Assembly: GCA_001768235.1 (NCBI GenBank)
Contig: MENK01000024.1
Coordinates: 84,468-148,467, forward strand
From: Bacteroidetes bacterium GWB2_32_14
GTDB taxonomy: Bacteria > Bacteroidota > Bacteroidia > Bacteroidales > UBA12077
Length of the DNA: 64,000 nucleotides
Direction: 5' to 3'
This document shows positions 1-8,539 of this stretch, piece after piece. The notes beneath the pieces were generated by a model that saw only the letters and a program-made list of their open reading frames with translations, made no database searches and had not been told where the DNA came from. The first letter of the stretch is position 1, and every line of letters starts with the position of its first letter. Made by a program: the position numbers and the translations under genes.

Positions 1-256
1 CCGTTTCTTCAAAAACAGTGCGGTTATCTTCGGTCATTAAATGTTGAGGTAAGTAAGCAATAACAGCATCTTTTGGTGCAGAAACCCTTCCTTTTGAAGC
101 GGTTCTTTGCCCTGCAATTATTTTTAGTATTGTCGATTTTCCTGCACCGTTTTTGCCCATTAGAGCTATCCGGTCTTTCTCGTTTATTACAAATGAGATG
201 TCTTTAAAAAGGGTAGTTCCGCCAAATTCTACTGTTAATCCGTCAACTGAAATCAT
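1..256 (-). CDS. ABC-F family ATP-binding cassette protein, N-terminal part only (gene runs off the left edge)
   Basis: The reverse complement from the ATG at 256-254 reads MISVDGLTVEFGGTTLFKDISFVINEKDRIALMGKNGAGKSTILKIIAGQ... This is a typical ABC ATPase N-terminus with Walker A GKNGAGKST. It is absent from the ORF track because it is truncated. Confidence 0.8.
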   Translation of the reverse strand, partial: MISVDGLTVEFGGTTLFKDISFVINEKDRIALMGKNGAGKSTILKIIAGQRTASKGRVSAPKDAVIAYLPQHLMTEDNRTVFEET

Positions 257-360
257 CTTGAAAATTTTTATTGAGCGGCAAAGATACTATTTTACCTTAA
301 TTTTTTATCTTTTAATAACATAGGTTTACATATTTTTATAATTCGGTACTTTAAATAACA

Positions 361-388
361 AAAAAATCCCGCGTATGGCGGGATTTTA
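361..388 (-). terminator. Rho-independent terminator downstream of the 411..980 gene
   Basis: Arms aaaatcccgc (363-372) and gcgggatttt (378-387) flank the 5-nt loop gtatg. On the minus strand the GC core is followed by a T run. Confidence 0.75.
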
Positions 389-410
389 CAATAAAAATAA
401 TTCACGAGAT

Positions 411-980
411 TTATTCTTCTTTTGACTGGTATTCGTCGAGTTTTTCCTGTGCAGCTTCGAGTGCAGCCTGCGCATCTTTTAAAACAGGTTTGTACTGTTT
501 TTGTTTTTCAGAAGCTTTCGATTTATTACTTTCAGCAGTTTGTAGTTTCTTATTTTCTGCAGCATATCGTTTTTCAAATTCTTTCAGGCCTGCTTTGTAT
601 TTGGTATCCAATGCTTTCATTTCTTTATCAATTGCCTTGTTTTCCTCATCAGAAGCTTTTTTCCTGGTTTTATCCAGTTCTTTCATTTGCGTTGACATGT
701 CTTTATTAAAGGCGCTTTCTTCGTTTTCGATAATATCTAAGTTGGAATTTGCCTCGTTTTCAAGTTCAATGGCAGCGTTTATCAAGCTATCGGCTGATGC
801 CAGTTTGGCAAGTGTTTTATCAACTTTATCCTGTGCTTTTTTAACGTTTGTTTCGAGTTTTAACAAAGTCTGTTGTTCTTTTGTCAGAGCCTGAGGCTGG
901 GTTTCCTGGGAGAATACATTACTATTAATTAAAAATAGTGCGGCAAGTGTAATAAATAACGATGTAGAATAATTTTTCAT
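411..980 (-). CDS. Secreted Lys/Glu/Ala-rich coiled-coil protein, function unknown
   Basis: 189-aa ORF with an N-terminal signal peptide (MKNYSTSLFITLAALFLINSNVFSQ). The rest is heptad-like and charged. A terminator follows. No family recognised. Confidence 0.6.
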   Translation of the reverse strand: MKNYSTSLFITLAALFLINSNVFSQETQPQALTKEQQTLLKLETNVKKAQDKVDKTLAKLASADSLINAAIELENEANSNLDIIENEESAFNKDMSTQMKELDKTRKKASDEENKAIDKEMKALDTKYKAGLKEFEKRYAAENKKLQTAESNKSKASEKQKQYKPVLKDAQAALEAAQEKLDEYQSKEE

Positions 981-1117
981 TGCATTTTTTTTTAGGGTTT
1001 AAAGTAAAAATTATACGATAAAAGGTACGAATAGTTAAATCAATAGTAAATAAATATTTATTTATTTTTATAAATATTCATATTTATGCTATAAATCAAG
1101 TGATTTTAAATGTAAAA

Positions 1118-1999
1118 TTATGGAAGTAATACTTTCTGAATAGAATGAATTAGTTCAAGTTCAAGTTTATGAATATCATGATAAACTTCTCCATCGGCCA
1201 TTACAGGCAATGCCTCGCTAAATTTTAGGGTAAGAGATTTAGTATTCGTTTTCCATTTTGATTCACGGGATAATGAAATATATCGTGTATAAATCGAACG
1301 AATCTGGCCTGGTATGTTGTGGTTTTCAATCAGGTATTCAAATTTCCCATCGTTATATTCCGACTTTTGTAACGAGCTGAAAAATTCGGCACTACAGTTA
1401 TTAATTATAATTGATGAACAGGTTTTTTCTGTTAGACTTTCAGAATCGGAATTCAAATCAATTTTAAATTTTTTAATCGAGAAAAAGTTCAGAAAGGCAG
1501 CCGAAGGATAACGTAAAAATCTTGGCATCCACCTGAATTTTTCCGACAATAATGTCATGTTGGTTAAATGGCCAATAGTCATAAAACCCAAAATATATTT
1601 AGTAAATACTTTTCCTGAACTATGAAATGTTGCTTTTAATAAATCGAATGAAACTGTTTTGTTTGAATGTAAAAGCTTATGAATAAAAGAAACCGATAAT
1701 TTCATTTTTAAATGCCTTGCAATACAATTTACTGTACCGTTAGGCAGAAAAATAAGCCATTGTTTTGTATGATCAATTGAATTTACAGCTTCATGAATTG
1801 TTCCATCACCACCAATAACAATTATTCCATTATAGTTACCTGTTTTTTTTATTATTTCACAAATATGATTTTTATGTGAAGTAATCGTGTAATCAATTTG
1901 ATTTTGCTTAAAGTAATCGAATAGTTTGACAAATTTTTTATCCTGAAAATTTTTCCCGTTAATTATCGCTAATACCTTGTTTGTTGATTTTGTTTCCAT
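1118..1999 (-). CDS. Diacylglycerol/lipid kinase family protein (YegS/BmrU-like)
   Basis: Carries IIVIGGDGTIHEAVN, the DAGK catalytic-domain GGDG signature, after the N-terminal KVLAIINGK strand. Its 5' end overlaps the upstream methyltransferase gene by 41 nt. Confidence 0.8.
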   Translation of the reverse strand: METKSTNKVLAIINGKNFQDKKFVKLFDYFKQNQIDYTITSHKNHICEIIKKTGNYNGIIVIGGDGTIHEAVNSIDHTKQWLIFLPNGTVNCIARHLKMKLSVSFIHKLLHSNKTVSFDLLKATFHSSGKVFTKYILGFMTIGHLTNMTLLSEKFRWMPRFLRYPSAAFLNFFSIKKFKIDLNSDSESLTEKTCSSIIINNCSAEFFSSLQKSEYNDGKFEYLIENHNIPGQIRSIYTRYISLSRESKWKTNTKSLTLKFSEALPVMADGEVYHDIHKLELELIHSIQKVLLP

Positions 2000-2858
2000 T
2001 TTCAGCTATAAAAAGTCCACCAAAGTTTTGTAATTTTTTATTAGGCTTTAGTTCGTTATTATTTATCCACAAATCTAATAAATCAATATTTCTAACCAGT
2101 TTTAATCCGGAATTTTTTATCAATATCTCGATCTCGTCTGTAGAAAAAAATGAAACATATCGCTCATTATATTTGCTGAATGTTGATAACCATTGGGCTG
2201 CAAGCAAATTCTTTTTTTCTTCCAGCCCGTGCATCCTGTAATCGGCAATAATTATTGAGTTAATAAAAAGTGCAGGCAGTTCGTTTATAAGTTGCTCAAT
2301 TTCATTTTTCATTAAATAAGAAAGAACACCTTCGATAACAATAAACGTTTCCTTGTTATAATCCAGATGTTCAGCTTTTAATACATCTTTTACCGATTCT
2401 TTTTTTAAATCAATTTCATTAAACATTAAATTTGGTGTTTCAAAACCATTTCTCGATAAGATTTTTTTCTTTCTTTTTTGAGTTGCCGGGAAATCGAGCT
2501 CAATAAATGTTTGCGAAGTAATGGAATTTTTCAGATTCAGGTACGTGGTATCGTATCCTGCACCAATAAAAATAAATTGTGATGTGCCGCTTTTCATTGC
2601 ATGGATTAACTTGTCATAAATAAACCGGTGCCGGCATAACGATAAAAGGTAACCAACCGAATTCATTCCTGTATTCCAAAAATGCGGGTTTATAAACGAC
2701 AGAATTAAGTTATAATAGTAAATGACAGATGTTCTTTTTCCAATAAACAGCTTAGAATAGGGGTCGTTAAATATCGATTTTCCTAGTTTGTTTCTTGTTG
2801 CAACAGCTCTTATCATTGCACTTAGTTCGGCTGTTTTACTTGCTAGTCCGTATTTCAT
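1959..2858 (-). CDS. Class I SAM-dependent methyltransferase, leucine carboxyl methyltransferase (LCM)-like
   Basis: Carries FIFIGAGYDTTY (SAM motif I of LCM/O-methyltransferase-type enzymes), an N-terminal SAMIRA motif and later VIEGVLSYL. No DNA-methyltransferase DPPY or PC motifs. Confidence 0.7.
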   Translation of the reverse strand: MKYGLASKTAELSAMIRAVATRNKLGKSIFNDPYSKLFIGKRTSVIYYYNLILSFINPHFWNTGMNSVGYLLSLCRHRFIYDKLIHAMKSGTSQFIFIGAGYDTTYLNLKNSITSQTFIELDFPATQKRKKKILSRNGFETPNLMFNEIDLKKESVKDVLKAEHLDYNKETFIVIEGVLSYLMKNEIEQLINELPALFINSIIIADYRMHGLEEKKNLLAAQWLSTFSKYNERYVSFFSTDEIEILIKNSGLKLVRNIDLLDLWINNNELKPNKKLQNFGGLFIAENGNKINKQGISDN

Positions 2859-2899
2859 TTATGTTGCCTTATGTAAAATTTGAATTGTTGTAAATAAAT

Positions 2900-5857
2900 C
2901 TATTTTAATAATTCTAAAATATTTTCAATATTCATTTTCTGAATGCTTTGATTGGTATTTATGAACGATTCTGCTAATTCCGTTTTTTTTGATTTTAATC
3001 TTTGGATTTTTTCTTCGACAGTATCGGTAGAAATAAAACGATATACTATCACTTTTTTATCCTGGCCTATTCTGTGTGTTCTGTTTATTGCTTGTTCTTC
3101 AACGGCCGGATTCCACCACGGGTCAATAATAAAAACATAATCGGCCGATGTAAGATTTAAGCCAACTCCACCTGCTTTTATCTGGATAAGAAAAACATGA
3201 TTATCATCGCTGTTTTGAAAATCGTCGATTACCTGTTGTCGGTTAGTTGTACTCCCGGTAAGTATGGAGAACTTACTCCCCATTTCTGATAAATATTTAG
3301 AAACCAGGTTCAGGTGTTTTACATATGCCGAAAAAACAAGCACCTTATGTTTTTCTGCAATAAGGTTTTCAATATTACGTGTTATTTCTTCAAATTTCCC
3401 TGATTCTGATGTGTATGTTTCATCAATTAATACAGGATGATTTGCAATCTGCCTCAATTTACTTAATCCTTCAATTGCCAGTATTGTTGGTTTTTCTTTT
3501 GTTTTTTCAATTGTTTCAAGAATTGAATTACGAATTTTAGATTTTTCTGTTTCGTAATACGATTTTTGTTCATCGGTCATGTCGCAATAGATTACCAGTT
3601 CCGACTTATCGGGCAGGTCTTTAGCAACCTGATCTTTGGTTCGCCGCAAAACGAAAGGTTGAATAAACTGCTGTAACCGTTCTTTTTTACTGCTATTCCC
3701 GTTTTTTTCTATTCCCTGAACAAATTCTTGTTTAAAAAAACGCAGGTTTCCTAAAAGGCCTTTATTTAAAAAGTTTATCTGTGCCCACAGGTCGGTTAAC
3801 GAATTTTCTATTGGTGTCCCGGTTAAAACCAACTTGTGTTGTGATTTTAACTGGATTACAGATTTGTAAATTTTCGAATCAGGGTTTTTAATATACTGGC
3901 TTTCATCGAGGATGATATAAAAAAACATGTAGTTTCTCAGCAACTCAATATCGTTTCTCACAACTCCATAAGTTGTAAGTATGATATCGAAATTCGAAAA
4001 TTCAGCTAAATCTTTAGTCCTGTTTGTACCAATGAATTTATAAATACTTATTTCGGGTGTAAATTTCTTAATTTCTTTTTCCCAGTTATGAATAAGAGAA
4101 GTAGGCATTACAATGATTGAAGTTGCCGGGCTTTGTTTATCCAGGGGTTTGTTTAAAGTATCAAAAATGTTGAGTTGTTTTAAAGCAGGTAATTTTTCGG
4201 GTTGATAAAACACTCCGGTATTCTTCCCTTTTGAATGCAACAGCAAAGTAAGGGTTTGGATTGTTTTTCCTAAACCCATATCATCGGCCAGGCAACCTCC
4301 GAAATTGTTTTGCTGAAGCATGTACATCCACGAAAAACCTTCGGTTTGATAAGGCCTTAATGTTGCATTTAACCCTTTTGGAATTTCAAATTGTTGTTTA
4401 TTGTAATTCTCAATAATACTTTTATATCGTTCGAGAATGGACTTGCCCCGCTCGGGAACACTTGTTTCAATCACGCCGAAATGATGTTTTTGTAGTTGAA
4501 TGCTTTTTTCGGTATCTGTACCAAACTGAAATAATTCTTTATATTTTTCGAACCATTCCTTTGGAAGTACAACAATTTCTCCCCCGGGAAGTTTGTATTC
4601 TCTTATGCCATTCAATATGTTTTTTCGTAATCGCGTAAACGGGATTCTGTATTCTCCTATCTGAACTTCTATTTGAATATCAAACCAGTCATTTTCTTCA
4701 TTTACTATAGATTGAATATCTGGTTCTTTTAATAAGTACTGTTTTTCCTTTAGTCTCTGAAGAAATTTTATATGAAAACTTTCAAGTTTATCAATATTTT
4801 TGCTTAACCAATATACAAGTTCGTAATGTTTTTCTTCAAACGCGGAATTTTCAATTTGCTCAGGAATAAAATATAAATCCTGAATATTTCTAAGTCCAAT
4901 AGATTCAATGCTCTGAATTATTGTTTTTTCCCAATCAAAATCACGTTCAATTTTATTGAAAACATATTCACCGTTTACAATCTCAAATTTCACTGAACTA
5001 TTCACTTTTTCAGAAGCAGAAAACTTGATGTTGTCGTTGTAAATGAATGATAATACAAGACAAGGTTCTTCCTTTAAATTGATTTCATAACTCAGGGTTG
5101 CTTCTTTAGCTAAATATTGCTGATTTACAGTAAACCCGTATGCCTTAACATTATATTGCCTGATACTATCGAGAGCAAATGTTTCGAACCATTTTTTTTC
5201 TGATGCTTTTGGAATATGAATACATTCTTTATTAAAAAACGGAGTAAGTTTTTTCGCATTAATATCTTCGAAGCAATACAAAGAATTATTTATAATTATC
5301 CGGCAAGGATCATTAACCAGTGTAAATCCTGATTTATTGAGCAAACTGATTTCTTTATTATTTTGTTTTATTGTTAAATAATATTGGCTCTCATCGGTAA
5401 GTTTTGAAATATTAAAAATGGCTTGCGCTTTATCTGTAGTAACAGTAACCAGATCATCCCTGTTTATATACGAGGCTTTTCCTTTAAAATACACTTCAAT
5501 ATCCATTGCCTGTAACAAATTAATAATTTTCACAAGCCTTTTTTCTATATATGGGCGTATATGTTCATCGGCAAAACTTCGAGTTAACGAATTCATAAAA
5601 TTAACTGTTGTCAACGATTTATTTTTCGAAAATAGTTTGTATAGGTTCTGTTCGCTGTATTCATCGGCAAGTTTTACAAGTTTCTTTTCATTCTCACTAA
5701 AACCGGATAAATACACGTCGCTGTTAAATTGCGATATTCTGACTTCAATCTGGTAATAGCCGTGGTTAGGCTTTTTTACTATAATGTAAGGAACCAGAAG
5801 TAGCCCGAGTATCGGGTGATCGGTTATTACTACTACCAGTTCTTTTTTAGATGTCAT
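2900..5857 (-). CDS. SNF2 family DEAD/H helicase with a long bacterial SNF2-associated N-terminal region
   Basis: Helicase motifs are LADDMGLGKTIQT (I), ILDESQYIKN (II, DExQ), LTGTPIEN (III) and the C-terminal GGVGLNLTSADYVFIIDPWWNPAVEEQAINRTHRIGQ (V/VI). Confidence 0.9.
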   Translation of the reverse strand: MTSKKELVVVITDHPILGLLLVPYIIVKKPNHGYYQIEVRISQFNSDVYLSGFSENEKKLVKLADEYSEQNLYKLFSKNKSLTTVNFMNSLTRSFADEHIRPYIEKRLVKIINLLQAMDIEVYFKGKASYINRDDLVTVTTDKAQAIFNISKLTDESQYYLTIKQNNKEISLLNKSGFTLVNDPCRIIINNSLYCFEDINAKKLTPFFNKECIHIPKASEKKWFETFALDSIRQYNVKAYGFTVNQQYLAKEATLSYEINLKEEPCLVLSFIYNDNIKFSASEKVNSSVKFEIVNGEYVFNKIERDFDWEKTIIQSIESIGLRNIQDLYFIPEQIENSAFEEKHYELVYWLSKNIDKLESFHIKFLQRLKEKQYLLKEPDIQSIVNEENDWFDIQIEVQIGEYRIPFTRLRKNILNGIREYKLPGGEIVVLPKEWFEKYKELFQFGTDTEKSIQLQKHHFGVIETSVPERGKSILERYKSIIENYNKQQFEIPKGLNATLRPYQTEGFSWMYMLQQNNFGGCLADDMGLGKTIQTLTLLLHSKGKNTGVFYQPEKLPALKQLNIFDTLNKPLDKQSPATSIIVMPTSLIHNWEKEIKKFTPEISIYKFIGTNRTKDLAEFSNFDIILTTYGVVRNDIELLRNYMFFYIILDESQYIKNPDSKIYKSVIQLKSQHKLVLTGTPIENSLTDLWAQINFLNKGLLGNLRFFKQEFVQGIEKNGNSSKKERLQQFIQPFVLRRTKDQVAKDLPDKSELVIYCDMTDEQKSYYETEKSKIRNSILETIEKTKEKPTILAIEGLSKLRQIANHPVLIDETYTSESGKFEEITRNIENLIAEKHKVLVFSAYVKHLNLVSKYLSEMGSKFSILTGSTTNRQQVIDDFQNSDDNHVFLIQIKAGGVGLNLTSADYVFIIDPWWNPAVEEQAINRTHRIGQDKKVIVYRFISTDTVEEKIQRLKSKKTELAESFINTNQSIQKMNIENILELLK

Positions 5858-6154
5858 AAAACGTAAAACTCATCAATATTAAAAATCCTGTAAAAGTATT
5901 AAAAATACCTGAAAAAGCCATTGGTTCATTTTTATTTTAGAAATTCGTTTTCATATAGTATAAATCGACTTAATAAAAAAAATGTTGAAAACAGTTTAGA
6001 CTAATTTTAAATAAGATATGGAAAATACAGATTGATTTACAATTACATAAAAATCATATTTTACGACATGTGAAATTTATTGCGAATGAAATAACAAAAT
6101 TATAAATTAAGCCTTTATTTTAAGTGTTAAAAAACAACCTAAGCCTTCTGAATT

Positions 6155-6676
6155 ATGCGCGTTAAAAGAGTTTTGCAAAAAAACGAAGATGTAAAAGAAA
6201 AGATTTTCGTTGATTTAAGTTTAATTGATTCTTTGCTTGAAAAATATAAAAGCAAAAAAGGAAACCTTATACCCATATTACAAGGAACACAAAATATTTA
6301 TGGATATATACCCGAAGATGCTTTTATTAAAATAGCAGAAGTTACCGGGTTAAAACTTGCTGATATGTACGGTGTTGCGACTTTTTATACTCAGTTCAGG
6401 TTACACCCCGTGGGTAAACATATTGTTAAAGTTTGCCATGGAACAGCTTGCCATGTTCAAAATGCAACAGCAATTTCTGAAGCCATTGAAGATGCTTTGG
6501 AAATTAAAGATGGCGAAACAACACCCGATAGACTTTTTACTCTTGAGTCAGTTGCATGTCTTGGATGTTGTTCTTTAGCTCCTGTTATGATGATTGGTGA
6601 TAATACTTTTGGTAAACTCACGGGCAGCCAGGCTGTAAAAATTCTTAAAGAGATAAAAATCAAAGAAAACAATTAA
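6155..6676 (+). CDS. NuoE/HydC-like thioredoxin-fold [2Fe-2S] subunit (BfuC/StnA-like)
   Basis: Cys pattern VCHGTACHV...CLGCCSLAP is typical of NuoE-family 2Fe-2S proteins. It is the first gene of a three-gene redox operon. Confidence 0.85.
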   Translation: MRVKRVLQKNEDVKEKIFVDLSLIDSLLEKYKSKKGNLIPILQGTQNIYGYIPEDAFIKIAEVTGLKLADMYGVATFYTQFRLHPVGKHIVKVCHGTACHVQNATAISEAIEDALEIKDGETTPDRLFTLESVACLGCCSLAPVMMIGDNTFGKLTGSQAVKILKEIKIKENN

Positions 6677-6713
6677 CAAAATTTACCATCCTGAATTCTC
6701 AAATACTATCAAA

Positions 6714-8492
6714 ATGGAAAAAACGAAAGTTTTAATAGGCCTGGCCAGTTGTGGAATAGCAGCCGGAGCTAACAAGGTATATGAAAAGATAAATGCTTTA
6801 AAAATTTCTGAAAAAATAGATTTCGAACTTACGAAAACGGGTTGCCTGGGTATGTGTTTCAGAGAACCCCTTGTTGAAATAATCGACGAAACAGGTTCAT
6901 ATCTTTATGGAGATATTAACGAAGATAAAGCCGTTGAGATTTTTGATAAACATGTAAAGCAACATGAACCCGTTAAAGAATATATTGTCAGAAGCGATTT
7001 ATTCCAGGCAAAAGACGATAACTTTTGGAATGGACAAATTAAAATTGCTCTTCGAAACTGCGGGGTAATTGATCCCGAAAATATTAAAGAATACGAGAAT
7101 AAAGGGGGATACGAAGCTATAAAAAAAATTATTTCAGAGAAGATTTCGTCTGAAAAAGTGATTCAAACAGTGCTTGATTCGGGAATACGCGGACGTGGTG
7201 GTGGCGGATTTCCTACCGGGTTAAAATGGAGATTTGCAGCGAATAGTAAATCCGATTTTAAATATATTATTTGTAATGCCGATGAGGGCGATCCGGGAGC
7301 ATTTATGGATAGATCCGTGTTAGAAGGCGATCCTCATGCTGTAATTGAAGGTTTAATAATTGGTGCGTATTCCATAGGAGCTAAAGAAGGTGTAATTTAT
7401 TGCCGTGCAGAATATCCTTTAGCTATTAAACGATTGAATATTGCTATTGAACAGGCGAGAAAAAAAGGTTACCTGGGAAAAAATATTCTTGGTATTAAAG
7501 GCCTTGACTTTGATTTATATGTGAAGGAAGGTGCCGGAGCTTTTGTTTGTGGCGAGGAAACTGCTCTTATGGCTTCAATAGAAGGTGAACGGGGAATGCC
7601 CCGTAAGCGGCCTCCGTTTCCTGCAGAATCAGGATTATGGGCTAAGCCTACAAATATTAATAATGTTGAAACTTTTGCTAATATCCCTTATATTATTTTA
7701 AACGGAGCGGAATCTTTTTCAAAATATGGAACCGAAAAAAGTAAAGGCACAAAAGTATTTGCATTAACAGGAAAAATCAATCATGGTGGCTTGATTGAAG
7801 TACCTATGGGAATTTCAATTCGTGATATTATTTTTAAACTGGGCGGAGGTATAACCGGAGGTAAAAAATTTAAGGCCGTTCAGTTGGGAGGCCCTTCCGG
7901 TGGTTGTATTCCTGAATATTTAGCCGACACTATTGTCGATTACGATTCGGTAAATGCTACCGGCGCAATTATGGGTTCGGGTGGTATGGTTGTTATGGAC
8001 GAAACTACCTGTATGGTTGATATGGCAAGGTTTTTTCTCGATTTTACATGTAAGGAATCTTGTGGTAAATGTACTTTTTGCAGGGTTGGAACAAAACGAA
8101 TGCTCGAAATTTTAACCCGGATAACGCATGGCGAAGGCAAAGAAGGTGATATAGAAAAGCTGGAAGAACTGGCATACCAGATAAAAGAAAATTCTCTTTG
8201 CGGGTTGGGCCAAACGGCTCCCAATCCTGTTTTAACTACAATAAAATATTTCCGCCACGAATACGAAGCACATATTAACGATAAAAAATGCCCGGCAAAA
8301 AATTGCAAACAGTTACTAACTTACACTGTAGATGAAGAGAAGTGTACAGGTTGTACCGTTTGTGCCAAAAACTGCCCGTCAAATGCAATTGATGGCGAAC
8401 GTAAATCGGCACATTTTATCCGACAGGATGCTTGTATTAAGTGTGGTTCATGCTACAGCAAATGCAAGTTCGGTGCTATAATATTATCGTAA
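6714..8492 (+). CDS. NuoF/HydB-like FMN- and NAD(H)-binding subunit with extra Fe-S domains (BfuB/StnB-like)
   Basis: GRGGGGFPTGLKW is the FMN/NADH site and ESCGKCTFCR is the N3-type 4Fe-4S motif. There is an N-terminal thioredoxin-like Cys domain (ASCG...CLGMC). The C-terminus has a 2x[4Fe-4S] ferredoxin (CTGCTVCAKNCP, CIKCGSCYSKC). Confidence 0.9.
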   Translation: MEKTKVLIGLASCGIAAGANKVYEKINALKISEKIDFELTKTGCLGMCFREPLVEIIDETGSYLYGDINEDKAVEIFDKHVKQHEPVKEYIVRSDLFQAKDDNFWNGQIKIALRNCGVIDPENIKEYENKGGYEAIKKIISEKISSEKVIQTVLDSGIRGRGGGGFPTGLKWRFAANSKSDFKYIICNADEGDPGAFMDRSVLEGDPHAVIEGLIIGAYSIGAKEGVIYCRAEYPLAIKRLNIAIEQARKKGYLGKNILGIKGLDFDLYVKEGAGAFVCGEETALMASIEGERGMPRKRPPFPAESGLWAKPTNINNVETFANIPYIILNGAESFSKYGTEKSKGTKVFALTGKINHGGLIEVPMGISIRDIIFKLGGGITGGKKFKAVQLGGPSGGCIPEYLADTIVDYDSVNATGAIMGSGGMVVMDETTCMVDMARFFLDFTCKESCGKCTFCRVGTKRMLEILTRITHGEGKEGDIEKLEELAYQIKENSLCGLGQTAPNPVLTTIKYFRHEYEAHINDKKCPAKNCKQLLTYTVDEEKCTGCTVCAKNCPSNAIDGERKSAHFIRQDACIKCGSCYSKCKFGAIILS

Positions 8493-8539
8493 TTAGTAGC
8501 TTAAAGTAAAATTTTTTTAATCATCAAATAAAAAAGAAA

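Noticed and set aside
422-894. Two plus-strand ORFs (422..709, 490..894) overlapping the 411..980 minus-strand gene
   Set aside because: Their products are Phe/Ser/Leu-rich nonsense, typical of the reverse strand of a Lys/Glu/Ala-rich coiled-coil gene. The minus-strand ORF has a signal peptide and a terminator.
1118-5857. An SNF2 plus methyltransferase island as a DISARM/BREX-like phage-defence system
   Set aside because: The methyltransferase has LCM/O-methyltransferase-type motifs, not DNA N6A/C5 motifs. No PLD nuclease, DUF1998, PglZ, restriction or integrase genes accompany it. The SNF2 N-terminal region looks like the common bacterial SNF2-associated housekeeping type.
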